Shown: positions 35,121-45,342 of the stretch, piece after piece
Layout of the letters: each line of letters opens with the position of its first letter
How positions within the stretch are numbered: position 1 is the stretch's first letter
Assembly: GCA_050010715.1 (NCBI GenBank)
Contig: JBEKKM010000005.1
Location: forward strand, 18,687-82,686
DNA length: 64,000 bases
Reading direction: 5' to 3'
Source: Xanthobacteraceae bacterium
GTDB taxonomy: Bacteria; Pseudomonadota; Alphaproteobacteria; Rhizobiales; Xanthobacteraceae
Notes under the pieces: model-generated
The model's input: only the letters and a program-made list of their open reading frames with translations
Databases searched by the model: none
What the model was told of the DNA's origin: nothing
Translations under genes and position numbers: made by a program

Positions 35121-35750
35121 GTGCGGCGGTATTCTGCAGCTATGGATCAAACCCCCTCACCGATCACATCGCTCGCAAAACTGGCGCAAGCTGAGGCCGA
35201 TTGCAGGCGCTGCCCGCTGTATCGCGATGCGACCCAGGTGGTACCGGGCGAAGGGCCGAAGCAGGCCACATTTATGCTGGTCGGCGAACAGCCGGGCGAC
35301 AAGGAAGATTTGGCCGGCAAGCCCTTCGTCGGCCCGGCCGGACGCGTTCTCGACCGGGCGCTGGCGGATGCCGGCATCGAACGGGAGGCAACATTCGTCA
35401 CCAACGCGGTGAAGCATTTCAAGCATGAGATGCGCGGCAAACGCCGGCTGCATAAGCGGCCAAACAATGATGAGATCGAGCGCTGCAATATCTGGCTCGA
35501 CGAGGAGCGCAGGCTGGTCGGGCCTGAGGTGATCATCGCGCTTGGTGTCACCGCGGCGCGCGCCCTGACTGGAAAAACGGTGACAATCGCAAAGCTGCGC
35601 GGCAAGCCGCTCGACCTAGCGGACGCCACCCGGCTTTTCATCACCGTGCATCCATCCGCGCTGTTGCGCATCGAGGATGACGACGACAAGCGCGCGGCGT
35701 ATCAGCAATTCGTCGCCGATCTCAAGGCGGCGGCCAAGTCACTCCGATAA
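35121..35750 (+). CDS. udgX: UdgX-type uracil-DNA glycosylase family protein
   Basis: 209 aa. Motif A GEQPGDKEDLAGKPFVGPAGR. VTNAVKHFK followed by the inserted loop GKRRLHK (UdgX KRRIH-type). Motif B VHPSALLR. N-terminal CRRC. The start may be ATG 35142. Confidence 0.8.
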   Translation: MRRYSAAMDQTPSPITSLAKLAQAEADCRRCPLYRDATQVVPGEGPKQATFMLVGEQPGDKEDLAGKPFVGPAGRVLDRALADAGIEREATFVTNAVKHFKHEMRGKRRLHKRPNNDEIERCNIWLDEERRLVGPEVIIALGVTAARALTGKTVTIAKLRGKPLDLADATRLFITVHPSALLRIEDDDDKRAAYQQFVADLKAAAKSLR

Positions 35751-35759
35751 GAAATTCGC

Positions 35760-36104
35760 TTAGGTGCCCGGCCGCGACGCCGGCTTTGCGGCGCCGGATT
35801 GCGCGAGCGCGGTGGCGACCTGCTGCATGCGGTTGATGAGATCGATCGCCGCCGCGGGCGACAGCGCCAGGCGGCACGCCGGATAGCGGCGGCCGCTGAT
35901 CGGCGCATTGGGCTTGATCTCGTCAAACCGCGTCACGGCGAATTCCATGCGTAAGGTCTGGCCGTCGTAGAGCAGGCCGGTCACGCTGTCGGCGAAAACC
36001 TCGTCGATTTCCGGACGGTCGATATAGCGGATGGTCGCGGTGCGCTGCTCGTTCGGAGCCGTTGCGGCCGGACTGGTTGCCGCTGTTGTTTTGTCGTCTG
36101 CCAT
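35760..36104 (-). CDS. Hypothetical protein
   Basis: 114-aa ORF downstream of HPr on the same strand. No motif recognised. Composition is coding-like. Confidence 0.5.
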   Translation of the reverse strand: MADDKTTAATSPAATAPNEQRTATIRYIDRPEIDEVFADSVTGLLYDGQTLRMEFAVTRFDEIKPNAPISGRRYPACRLALSPAAAIDLINRMQQVATALAQSGAAKPASRPGT

Positions 36105-36165
36105 TGGGCGGCTCCTTTGAACTGAATGAGGCGAAAATTGATCAGCCGAAAAGCCGATCGATCGA

Positions 36166-36498
36166 TCAATCCTGCTCGCCGAAACGCGATTCGATGAGCG
36201 CCGCCAAAGCCGCGATGACTTCGGCGGCTTCCTTGCCGGTCGCCTCGACGGTGATGGTGGTGCCGGGCGATGCCGCGAGCATCATCAGGCCCATGATCGA
36301 AGTGCCGCCGACGATCTCGCCGCAACGCATGACGCGCACGTCGGCGTCGAATTTTTCGACCGTTTGCACAAAGCGGGCGGAGGCCCGCGCGTGCAGCCCT
36401 TTCTTGTTGCAGATGGTCAGCACGCGGACGACGGCGCCCTCGCGCAACGGCGGCTTATCGCCCGTGCATTGGTCGGCGCCGGGCGAAGCCTCGTTCAT
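36166..36498 (-). CDS. ptsH: HPr/NPr family phosphocarrier protein
   Basis: ATG 36498 overlaps the upstream stop (ATGA). His site KKGLHARASARF. Ser46-region GTSIMGLMMLAA. Confidence 0.88.
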   Translation of the reverse strand: MNEASPGADQCTGDKPPLREGAVVRVLTICNKKGLHARASARFVQTVEKFDADVRVMRCGEIVGGTSIMGLMMLAASPGTTITVEATGKEAAEVIAALAALIESRFGEQD

Positions 36499-36896
36499 TT
36501 GCCGTTGAGCACCCGGCTGGCGATGGTGACGTATTTGCGCCCGGCTTCCTGGGCGGCGGCGACCGCTTCGGCCAGCGGGCACTCGTCGCGAACTTTTGCG
36601 AGCTTGACCAGCATCGGCAGATTGATGCCGGCGAGCACTTCAACCTTGGGCCGGCTCATCACCGAGATGGCGAGATTGGACGGGGTGCCGCCGAACATAT
36701 CGGTCAGGATGGCGACGCCGTCGCCGCTGTCGACCCGTTTGACCGCTTCGATGATATCCTTGCGGCGCTCCTCGACGTCGTCGTCGGGACCGATAGTGAC
36801 GGCTTCGATCTGGCCCTGCGGGCCGACCACGTGTTCCAATGCCGAGCGGAACTCAACAGCCAGCCGCCCGTGGGTCACAAGCACAACGCCGATCAT
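36495..36896 (-). CDS. manX: PTS EIIA component, mannose family
   Basis: 133 aa from ATG 36896 (GGGGAG upstream). MIGVVLVTHGRLAVEF with the phospho-His. Confidence 0.88.
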   Translation of the reverse strand: MIGVVLVTHGRLAVEFRSALEHVVGPQGQIEAVTIGPDDDVEERRKDIIEAVKRVDSGDGVAILTDMFGGTPSNLAISVMSRPKVEVLAGINLPMLVKLAKVRDECPLAEAVAAAQEAGRKYVTIASRVLNGK

Positions 36897-37122
36897 GAAA
36901 CTCCCCGCGGGCGCGTCCCGGTTGCACCGCACGAAAGGGTGCTCATCTTGACCATCCAAAGCCCCAGCGCAAGGGGCATTATCGCTGATTTTTGGCGATT
37001 GTTGCATTGCAGTAGCAAACGCCGAATCGGCCACGGAGTCGCGTAGCGAAGCAGCGGCCGAGTGTAGCGGCGTTAAGGTTACCAATCTCCAACCAAATGC
37101 TGTTCCGGGCGGCCTGAAATGC

Positions 37123-37608
37123 TCATGAAGCCCGCCCAAGGCCCAAAACGGCGCCTTCGAGCCCGGCTGACGTAAGGACCGCCAGGACCGCCGGCAAGGC
37201 CTCATCGCCGGCTGCGATAGCGAGTCGCGGTAAGTTTATCCCGGCGATAACGGCGTGTTGCCTTTCGGTTTCCGGCAATCGTTCGGCGTCCGCGGCGGCG
37301 AGATCGACTACCAGGCCGACCACGGCGCTTGGCTCGTGATCGATCTGCCGGATGCCGACGCCACGGATCTCGATCAGGCCGGCCAAAGGCTCGGCCGGGC
37401 GCACCAGCAACCGCCCGTTGGCCGGTTCGAGATGAACGCGGTCGTCGCCGACCAGCCTGGCAAAGCGCAAAGTCCCCGTGCGTGCCGCCTCGATGAGCGC
37501 CAGCGCCAGACGCGACTTGCCCGCGCCGGACGGCCCGCGGATCAAAACCGCGCGCGCGCCGACCAGCACCGCCGAAGCGTGCACCGTCGTTGCCCGTTGC
37601 GCCATCAC
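37123..37608 (-). CDS. hprK: HPr kinase/phosphorylase, short alphaproteobacterial form (C-terminal domain only)
   Basis: 161 aa. HASAVLVGARAVLIRGPSGAGKS P-loop and LIEIRGVGI. Start overlaps the chvG stop. Confidence 0.85.
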   Translation of the reverse strand: MMAQRATTVHASAVLVGARAVLIRGPSGAGKSRLALALIEAARTGTLRFARLVGDDRVHLEPANGRLLVRPAEPLAGLIEIRGVGIRQIDHEPSAVVGLVVDLAAADAERLPETERQHAVIAGINLPRLAIAAGDEALPAVLAVLTSAGLEGAVLGLGRAS

Positions 37609-39518
37609 ATCGCCGGCAAGCGCACGACGAAGCGCGCGCCGAGCACTGTGGGCGTACCATCGGCGTCCGGCGGCCCGGTGCGGTTTTCCACCCAGATGGT
37701 GCCGCCATGGGCTTCGGCGATCTGCTTGGAGATGGACAGGCCGAGGCCGGAGTTCTGGCCAAAGCCCTGGTGCGGGCGATCGGTGTAAAAACGCTCGAAG
37801 ATTTTATCCAGCACGTCGGGCCGCACGCCCGGGCCGTCGTCATCGACGGAAATCTCGACGTTGTTTTTCACCCGCCGGCAGGTGACGCGCACCGTGCCGT
37901 TCGGCGGCGAGAACGAGCGTGCGTTCTCGATCAGATTGTCGACGATCTGGCCGAGTCGCGAATCGTGCCCCGGCACCAAGAATGCCCGGCCGCCGCCGCC
38001 TTCGAACCGAAGCGTGACCGTGACGCCGTCGTCGCGCTTCACCTCGTTGGCGACCGCGACCAGCGTGCTCAACAGCTTGGCGAAATCGACCGGTGCCGCT
38101 TCCTGGCGCTGCAGCTCGGCGTCGAGGCGGCTGGCGTCGGAAATGTCGGAAATCAGCCGATCGAGCCGGCGGACGTCGTGCTGGATGATGGCGAGCAGCC
38201 GCGCCCGGCTTTCGTCGGTCTTGGCGAGCGGCAGCGTTTCCACCGCCGAGCGCAGCGAGGTCAGCGGATTTTTCAGTTCGTGCGACACGTCGGCGGCAAA
38301 GCTTTCGATCGCCTCGATCCGGCTATAGAGCGCATTGGTCATGTCGCGGAACGCGCCGGAGAGGTGTCCGATCTCGTCGTGGCGGCGCGTGAAATCCGGA
38401 ATTTCGACGCGCGAACGGATGCGGCGGCGCACGCTTTCGGCGGCTTCCGCCAGCCGCCGCACCGGCTCGGCGATGGTTCCGGCGAGCAGGATCGACAGCA
38501 GCACCATGACGGCCGTGGCGATCAAAAACACCTTGAGAATGGCGAGCCGCTCGGCTTCCACCATGTCGTCGATATCGGCGCCTTGCGTCGACAGCATCAG
38601 CGCGCCGCGCACCGCGCGGAAGCGCTGTACCGGGACCGCGACCGAAACGATGACGTCGCCGCGGTCGTTGATGCGGACCATGCTGGAATCCTGGCCGCTC
38701 AAGGCCTGGTCGACTTCGGGATAGCCCTTGCCGTTTTCGGCGCCGAGCTCGCGGTAAAGCGGCAGGTCGCCGCGGCCGAGCCAGCGCCGGACCGCGAGGA
38801 AAGCGCGTTCGAATACACCCGGCTTTTCGGCGGTGGGCGGCGGTAGATCGAAGCGCAGCACGTCGCCGCGTCCGAACAGGTTGCGGCTGTCGACCAAGAG
38901 CACGCCGTCGCGATCGTAAATCCGCGCCCGCGTCTTGGTCGGCGAAATCAGTCGCCGCAAGAGCGGCGCCACGCGCTCGGGATTGATCGGAAAATCGATA
39001 CCGTACAGCGCGTCCTCGGACGGGCCGTAGCTTTGCCCTGGCTGCAGATTGAGCAGCGTGTCCGGATTGATGGTGATCGATGAGTCGGTCTCGACCGTCG
39101 CCGAGGCGGCGATGGCGCCGGCGATGATTTGGCTCTGCACCAACAAACTTTGCACGCGCGCGTCGATCAGCCCGGCGCGGAATTGCGACAGATAGATGAT
39201 ACCGATCGACAGTGCGAGCAGGCCGAAGACATTGAGCGTGACGATACGGCGGGTGACGCTCGACGAGCTCTGCTCGGTGAAAAACTGGAGAGCACGCCGC
39301 AGCCAATCGCCGACCCGGCGCAGCCGGCGCCAGCGCACGCGCACGCGCGGCAGCGCTTCGCCGCGACCGTCGGCCTCAATGAGAGCCTCGGCTTCGTCCG
39401 GTGCATGGGCCTCATCGGCCCCCGCGGTTTTTGCTAGTCGATCAAGCACGTCGTCTGCCGGGGTTTCGATCAGCTCCGCCCTCCACTTACAGGGAGGGTA
39501 CGGCGAGCCAAACGCCAT
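37605..39518 (-). CDS. chvG: Sensor histidine kinase ChvG/ExoS-like
   Basis: 637 aa. Two TM segments, HAMP, H-box FAADVSHELKNPLTS, N/G boxes DDDGPGV and GLGLSISKQI. Directly downstream of chvI. Confidence 0.88.
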   Translation of the reverse strand: MAFGSPYPPCKWRAELIETPADDVLDRLAKTAGADEAHAPDEAEALIEADGRGEALPRVRVRWRRLRRVGDWLRRALQFFTEQSSSSVTRRIVTLNVFGLLALSIGIIYLSQFRAGLIDARVQSLLVQSQIIAGAIAASATVETDSSITINPDTLLNLQPGQSYGPSEDALYGIDFPINPERVAPLLRRLISPTKTRARIYDRDGVLLVDSRNLFGRGDVLRFDLPPPTAEKPGVFERAFLAVRRWLGRGDLPLYRELGAENGKGYPEVDQALSGQDSSMVRINDRGDVIVSVAVPVQRFRAVRGALMLSTQGADIDDMVEAERLAILKVFLIATAVMVLLSILLAGTIAEPVRRLAEAAESVRRRIRSRVEIPDFTRRHDEIGHLSGAFRDMTNALYSRIEAIESFAADVSHELKNPLTSLRSAVETLPLAKTDESRARLLAIIQHDVRRLDRLISDISDASRLDAELQRQEAAPVDFAKLLSTLVAVANEVKRDDGVTVTLRFEGGGGRAFLVPGHDSRLGQIVDNLIENARSFSPPNGTVRVTCRRVKNNVEISVDDDGPGVRPDVLDKIFERFYTDRPHQGFGQNSGLGLSISKQIAEAHGGTIWVENRTGPPDADGTPTVLGARFVVRLPAM

Positions 39519-39608
39519 TACTACCGCACGCCAGCCGCCCGGTCAGGGGCCATGATTCTCCAGTCTAAGGACCGGCAGTTCCTGGCCTGTCGCGCCAATG
39601 TCCGCGCG

Positions 39609-40304
39609 TTATTCCTTGAAACGATAACCTACGCCGTACAAGGTCTCGATCATATCGAATTCGTCGTCGCTGGCCTTGAACTTCTTGCGCAGCCGCTTGA
39701 TGTGGCTGTCGATGGTCCGGTCGTCGACATAGACTTGGTCGTCATAGGCCGCATCCATCAGCGCGTTACGGCTTTTCACCACGCCAGGCCGGCTGGCCAG
39801 CGCCTGCAAGATGAGAAATTCGGTGACGGTGAGCGTCACCGGCTCGTTCTTCCAGGTGCAGGTGTGGCGCTCGGGATCCATGCGCAGGAGCCCGCGCTCC
39901 AGCACTTTGCTGTCGGCCTCCTTCGGAGCGGCGCCGTCTTTGGGCGAAGCGCGGCGCAGCACGGCCTTGACCCGCTCGACCAGAAGGCGCTGCGAAAACG
40001 GCTTCCGGATGAAGTCGTCGGCGCCCATTTTCAGGCCGAACAATTCGTCGATCTCTTCGTCCTTCGAGGTGAGGAAGATCACCGGCAGGTCGGATTTTTG
40101 ACGGAGCCGCCGCAGCGTCTCCATGCCGTCCATGCGCGGCATCTTGATGTCGAGGATGGCGAGGTCGGGCAACGTGGTCTTGAAACCGTCCAGCGCCGAA
40201 GCGCCGTCGGTATAGGTCGTGATGCGATAGCCTTCCGCCTCGAGCGCGATTGAGACCGAGGTGAGGATATTGCGGTCGTCGTCCACCAGAGCGATTGTCG
40301 GCAT
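39609..40304 (-). CDS. chvI: OmpR-family response regulator ChvI
   Basis: 231 aa. [39 protein letters not shown], winged-helix C-terminus YGVGYRF. Confidence 0.9.
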   Translation of the reverse strand: MPTIALVDDDRNILTSVSIALEAEGYRITTYTDGASALDGFKTTLPDLAILDIKMPRMDGMETLRRLRQKSDLPVIFLTSKDEEIDELFGLKMGADDFIRKPFSQRLLVERVKAVLRRASPKDGAAPKEADSKVLERGLLRMDPERHTCTWKNEPVTLTVTEFLILQALASRPGVVKSRNALMDAAYDDQVYVDDRTIDSHIKRLRKKFKASDDEFDMIETLYGVGYRFKE

Positions 40305-40435
40305 GACGGCCTTCTAGCATGAGTCGGCCGCAGCATCACACCTGCCCGGCCCCACCTAACGTTCAAACCCCATGTGGGGGCGGAAGTGTGACTAGACAAG
40401 GCAAAATCGGGGCAATTGCCGTGAGATAGAGAGAC

Positions 40436-41272
40436 ATGGGAAAGGAACCGGAAAGGACAAACATGGCTGAGAACGGCGGCATTGGCCCGTTGGGAGCTCC
40501 ATTGCCGGGCGCCATGCCAAACCGCCTTCCTGAAAACGCCCCGGCACCGGATTTCGACCCGAAAGCGGTGGCCAAGAGCCTGCTGCGGGCCACGCGGGCC
40601 GGCGCGCTTGCGACCATCGACCGCAATACCGGCCATCCCTTCGCGTCATTGGTTAACGTGGCGACCGATATCGACGGCTCGCCGCTGATCCTGGTCTCCC
40701 GGCTTTCCACCCACACCGCCAATCTTGAAGTCGACGGCCGCGCCTCGCTCTTGCTGGCGTCGGCCGGCAAAGGCGACCCGCTGGCCCATCCGCGCCTGAC
40801 GCTGCTCGGCAGTTTTGAGCAAATCGCCCGCGATGATCCGGAATTGCCGCGCCTGCGGCGCCGCTTCCTCGCCCGCCATCCGAAATCGGAGCTTTATGCC
40901 AGCTTCGGCGATTTCTCGTTCTGGCGCCTGAAGACTGTCTCAGCCCACCTTAACGGCGGCTTCGCCCGCGCCGCCGATCTCAAAGCCGCCGATGTGATGA
41001 CCGATATTGCCGATGCCGGAAACCTGATCGACACCGAAGAGGGTGCGGTCGCGCATATGAACGACGACCACGCCGAAGCGGTGCGCCTCTACGCCACCAA
41101 GCTACTCGGCGCCGAAGACGGGCGATGGCGGCTCACCGGGCTCGACCCCGACGGCCTCGACTTGGCGCGCGGCGACGCCACCTTGCGCCTGCCATTTCCG
41201 CAGCGTGTCACAAACGCCGAGCAGTTGCGCAGGATGGTGGTGGAATTGGCCGCCAAGGCGCGAGCCGGCTAG
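40436..41272 (+). CDS. HugZ-like / pyridoxamine 5'-phosphate oxidase-related FMN-binding protein with DUF2470-type C-terminal domain
   Basis: 278 aa. LATIDRNTGHPFASLVNVATDIDGSPLILVSRLSTHTANL is typical of this family. The start may be ATG 40463. Confidence 0.75.
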   Translation: MGKEPERTNMAENGGIGPLGAPLPGAMPNRLPENAPAPDFDPKAVAKSLLRATRAGALATIDRNTGHPFASLVNVATDIDGSPLILVSRLSTHTANLEVDGRASLLLASAGKGDPLAHPRLTLLGSFEQIARDDPELPRLRRRFLARHPKSELYASFGDFSFWRLKTVSAHLNGGFARAADLKAADVMTDIADAGNLIDTEEGAVAHMNDDHAEAVRLYATKLLGAEDGRWRLTGLDPDGLDLARGDATLRLPFPQRVTNAEQLRRMVVELAAKARAG

Positions 41273-41568
41273 GCATTCTCTGCCAAAAAGCGCCGGTAAT
41301 GGAACGTAACCACGCCACCCGGAAACACGCTGGCTCCGCTGCGTTGCAACACGGGAATGCGTGCAATCCTATCCGGTTAGCCTTGAGGTCGCCTCGGTCT
41401 TGGCAGAAGCTGTGAGGCTCGATATAGGGTCGCACGCTTGCCGGCGGGCGGGTTAACATTCGGCATCGTAAATCGGCGGCCAAGACGTTGGCGACGAAGG
41501 CTCGGCGCAATTGGCGGAAGTATCGATACGATCGGGCCAAGAGATCGAGCCAAGAGGCGGAGGCTTAG

Positions 41569-43188
41569 GTGAAGGAAACGGGTTCGAGGAACGGCGCTCA
41601 CGGCGCCGACAAATTCGGCTTCAAAGATCTCGCCGGCGTCCATTGGAATTTGCCCGACACCGTCCTGGTCGAGCACGCCATCGCCAACCGCGAAGGCTCA
41701 CTGGTGCAAGGCGGCGCGTTCTGCGCCGAAACCGGCCATCACACCGGCCGCTCGCCGAAAGACAAACATACCGTGGTCGACGCGACGACCGAGAACACCG
41801 TGTGGTGGGACGGCAATCGCAAGCAGAGCAAAGAACAGTTCGACAATCTGCTTCACGATTTCATCGCCCATGCCAAGGGCAGAACCCTGTTCGCGCAGGA
41901 CCTCTATGGCGGCGCCGATCCGCAATACCGCATCAAGGCGCGGGTCTTTACCGAGCTCGCCTGGCATTCGCTGTTCATCCGTCAGCTGCTGATCCGTCCC
42001 GAAGCGGCGGAGCTTGCGAGCTACGTTCCCGACATGACGATCGTCGACATGCCGTCGTTTCGGCCGGACGCCAAGCGGCACGGCGGCCGCGAAAACTCCG
42101 ACACCATGGTGGCGATCGACTTCACCCGCAAGATCGTCCTGATCTGCGGCTCGTCCTATGCCGGCGAGATAAAGAAGGCGGTGTTCACGACATTGAATTT
42201 CTACCTGCCGGCGCAGGGCGTGATGCCGATGCATTGCTCGGCCAATGTCGGCAAGCACGATGACGTCGCGCTGTTCTTCGGCTTGTCGGGCACCGGCAAG
42301 ACCACGCTGTCGGCCGATCCGAACCGCACCTTGATCGGCGACGACGAGCACGGCTGGAGCGAGAACGGCGTGTTCAATTTCGAGGGCGGCTGCTACGCCA
42401 AGTGCATCAGGCTGTCGAAGGAAGCCGAGCCGGAAATCTACGCCGCGACCAACCGCTTCGGCGCGGTGCTGGAGAACGTCGTCTTCGATCCCGCAACCCG
42501 CGTCTGCGATTTCGACAGCGACAAGCTCACGGAAAATACCCGCTCGGCCTATCCGATCGAGTTCATGCCGCTGGCGTCGAAAACCGGCCACGCCGGCCAG
42601 CCGAAGAACATCGTCTTCCTCACCGCCGACGCCTTCGGCGTCATGCCGCCGATCGCGAAACTCACGCCGGCGCAGGCGATGTACCACTTCCTGTCCGGCT
42701 ACACCGCCAAGGTCGCCGGCACCGAAAAAGGCCTGGTCGGCGTCGAGCCGGAATTCTCCACCTGCTTCGCCGCGCCGTTCCTGCCGCGGCCGCCGGCCGA
42801 ATACGGCAATTTGCTGCGCGACCTGATCAAGAAACACAATGTCGATTGCTGGCTGGTCAATTCCGGCTGGACCGGCGGCATCTACGGCACCGGCCGCCGC
42901 ATGCCGATCAAGGCGACGCGCGCCCTGGTCACCGGCGCGCTCGACGGCTCGCTCAAGAACGCGAGCTACCGCACCGATCCGTACTTTGGTTTCGCCGTGC
43001 CGACCTCGGTGCCCGGCGTCGAGCCGCACCTGCTCTATCCGATGAAGACCTGGAAGGACAAAGCCGCGTTCGACGAGACCGCGCGGAAACTCGTGCGCAT
43101 GTTCCAGGACAATTTCGTCAAATACGAAAAGCACGTCGACGCCGACGTCCGCGCCGCCGCGCCGGAAGTGCGGCTCGCGGCGGAGTGA
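41569..43188 (+). CDS. pckA: Phosphoenolpyruvate carboxykinase (ATP)
   Basis: 539 aa. GTG start with GGCGGAGG upstream. Kinase-1a GLSGTGKTT and RSPKDK motif. Confidence 0.96.
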   Translation: MKETGSRNGAHGADKFGFKDLAGVHWNLPDTVLVEHAIANREGSLVQGGAFCAETGHHTGRSPKDKHTVVDATTENTVWWDGNRKQSKEQFDNLLHDFIAHAKGRTLFAQDLYGGADPQYRIKARVFTELAWHSLFIRQLLIRPEAAELASYVPDMTIVDMPSFRPDAKRHGGRENSDTMVAIDFTRKIVLICGSSYAGEIKKAVFTTLNFYLPAQGVMPMHCSANVGKHDDVALFFGLSGTGKTTLSADPNRTLIGDDEHGWSENGVFNFEGGCYAKCIRLSKEAEPEIYAATNRFGAVLENVVFDPATRVCDFDSDKLTENTRSAYPIEFMPLASKTGHAGQPKNIVFLTADAFGVMPPIAKLTPAQAMYHFLSGYTAKVAGTEKGLVGVEPEFSTCFAAPFLPRPPAEYGNLLRDLIKKHNVDCWLVNSGWTGGIYGTGRRMPIKATRALVTGALDGSLKNASYRTDPYFGFAVPTSVPGVEPHLLYPMKTWKDKAAFDETARKLVRMFQDNFVKYEKHVDADVRAAAPEVRLAAE

Positions 43189-43220
43189 CGTTGCTTCCCA
43201 GTCGGGCGGTCTTTACAAAC

Positions 43221-43245
43221 GGCGGTCGCGAGACCGCCGTTTTTC
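43221..43245 (+). terminator. Rho-independent terminator of pckA
   Basis: GGCGGTC-GCGA-GACCGCC followed by GTTTTTCATTT. Confidence 0.8.
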
Positions 43246-43295
43246 ATTTCAGGTGAGGCAGCGATGCAAAAAATCCAGCTCGGCCGCAACGGTCC

Positions 43296-44261
43296 ATGGT
43301 CTCCGCCTACGGCCTCGGCTGCATGGGCATGTCAGGCGGCTATGGGCCGGCCGACGAGAAGGAGTGCATCGCCACCATCCACGCCGCGCTCGAGGCCGGT
43401 ATCACCATGCTCGATACCGGCGATTTTTACGGCATGGGCCAGAACGAAATGCTCATCCGCGAAGCGCTCAAGGGCGGCAAGCGCGAGCGTGCCTTCATCG
43501 CGGTGAAATACGGTTCGATGCGCGGGCCGGATCTAAGAATCCTCGGCGACGACGGCCGGCCGAGCGCGACCAAGAATTTTCTCGCCTATTCGCTGCGCCG
43601 GCTCGGCACCGATTATGTCGATCTCTATCAACCCTCGCGCGTCGATCCCGACGTGCCCTTCGAGGATACGATCGGCGCCATCGCCGACATGGTCAAGGCC
43701 GGCTATGTGCGCCACATCGGCGTGTCGGAAACCTCCGCCAAGAGCGTGCGGCGCGCTCACGCCGTGCATCCGATCGCCGCGCTGCAGATCGAATATTCGC
43801 TGTTTTCCCGCGGCATCGAGCGTGACATTCTGCCGACCTTGCGCGAGCTCGGCATCGCGCTGGTTGCCTATGGCGTGCTGTCGGGCGGCCTGATCAGCGA
43901 CCGCGCCGAGGCGGCGCGGACCGCGGCGAGCGAGATCCGCACCCGCAAGCCGCGCTTTTTCAAAGAGAACTTCGACAAGAACATCGCGCTGGTCGAGGCG
44001 CTCGGCAACATCGCGCGCGAGAAGAATGCCACCACGGCGCAGCTTGCCTTTGCCTGGGTGAAATCGCGCGGCGACGATGTCGTGCCGCTGATCGGCGCCC
44101 GCCGCCGCGACCAGATTAAAGAAGCGCTCGGCGCGCTCGACGTGACACTATCGCCGGACGATCTCGCGCGTATCGAGCGGGCGGTGCCGGCCTGCGCCGT
44201 CGCCGGCACGCGTTACCTGCCGGCCATCCTCGCGCATATGGACAGCGAGCACGCCGGCTAA
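43296..44261 (+). CDS. Aldo/keto reductase (5' end apparently frameshifted, see findings)
   Basis: 321 aa. VSAYGLGCMGMSGGYG, DTGDFYG, catalytic-region motifs. The canonical N-terminal MQKIQLGRNGP is encoded from 43264 in another frame behind a good SD. Confidence 0.8.
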   Translation: MVSAYGLGCMGMSGGYGPADEKECIATIHAALEAGITMLDTGDFYGMGQNEMLIREALKGGKRERAFIAVKYGSMRGPDLRILGDDGRPSATKNFLAYSLRRLGTDYVDLYQPSRVDPDVPFEDTIGAIADMVKAGYVRHIGVSETSAKSVRRAHAVHPIAALQIEYSLFSRGIERDILPTLRELGIALVAYGVLSGGLISDRAEAARTAASEIRTRKPRFFKENFDKNIALVEALGNIAREKNATTAQLAFAWVKSRGDDVVPLIGARRRDQIKEALGALDVTLSPDDLARIERAVPACAVAGTRYLPAILAHMDSEHAG

Positions 44262-44269
44262 AATCTTCT

Positions 44270-45235
44270 TTACATCGGGTTGATGCCGAGCTCTTTGGCG
44301 AAGGCGGCGACCTTGGCGCGCTGCTCGTCGACCGATTTGCCGAACTCTTCCGGCCCGCCGATATTGGTGAGCTGTCCGGTGGTGGTCAGGCGATCCTCGA
44401 TGGTCGGATCGACCACCGCGCGGATATCGGCGGTGATGTGCTGGCGCAGCTCGAGCGGCATTCCCGTCGGCCCAAACAATCCAACTAGGCCGTCGATGGT
44501 CAGCGCTGGATAGCCCGCTTCCGCGACCGTGGGCAGGTTCGGCTCGGTCGGCGCGCGCACCGAATTGGTCACGGCCAACAGCTTGATCTTGCCGGACTGA
44601 AGCTGCGGCCGCACGATCGCCAGCGCCGACTCGTAGACCTGCACGCGGCCTTCGGCGAGATCGTTGGCGGCATCGACGGGATTGCGGTACGGCACTTTGT
44701 TGATGTTCAAGCCCTCCTGCTTGAGCCAACCGGCAAAGATGAAATCCAGCGCGCCAGTAACGCCCGCCCAATTCAGCTTGCCCGGCTCGGCGCGCGCCGT
44801 CGCCGCGAGCTCTTTCAGCGAACCGACGTTCAAGCTCGACGGGACCGAAATGGTGATGATGGTGTTGGACACCCGTGTGATCGGCACCAAATCGCTCGGC
44901 TGATAGGGCAGGTTGTCGTGCAGGAACGGGTGCGCCGTGAACGAGGATGACGGCGCGAACAGCAGCACGTGATCGTCGTGCCCCGTGACGAAGGCATTGA
45001 TGGCGACGAGGCCATCGCCGCCGGGGCGGTTTTCGACCACGACCGGCTGGCCCCAGCGCTGGCTGAGACGGTCTGCCAACAGCCGCGCCCCGATGTCGGA
45101 GCCGCTGCCGGCGCCAAGCGTGAGGATGAAGCGAACCGGCCGGGTCGGCCATTTCGTCTCGGCCGCGGCCATGAAGGTGCCCGCCGCGACGGCGATCAGC
45201 GCCACGGCTAGCGCAAACAGATGACGCAGGCGCAT
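44270..45235 (-). CDS. Bug family (TctC-like) substrate-binding protein
   Basis: ATG 45235 gives MRLRHLFALAVALIAVAAG signal, then WPTRPVRFILTLGAGSGSDIGARLL and VENRPGGDG. The ORF-track N-extension to 45727 was rejected. Confidence 0.85.
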   Translation of the reverse strand: MRLRHLFALAVALIAVAAGTFMAAAETKWPTRPVRFILTLGAGSGSDIGARLLADRLSQRWGQPVVVENRPGGDGLVAINAFVTGHDDHVLLFAPSSSFTAHPFLHDNLPYQPSDLVPITRVSNTIITISVPSSLNVGSLKELAATARAEPGKLNWAGVTGALDFIFAGWLKQEGLNINKVPYRNPVDAANDLAEGRVQVYESALAIVRPQLQSGKIKLLAVTNSVRAPTEPNLPTVAEAGYPALTIDGLVGLFGPTGMPLELRQHITADIRAVVDPTIEDRLTTTGQLTNIGGPEEFGKSVDEQRAKVAAFAKELGINPM

Positions 45236-45342
45236 TGGACTCCCCCCGTTCACATTCGTGGCGTTGCGAATGTTCGCAGGATACCGAAAAGCCGCGGCCC
45301 AGTTTAGCTCGGCCGCGAATGTCATATTGCCGCGTAGCGACG

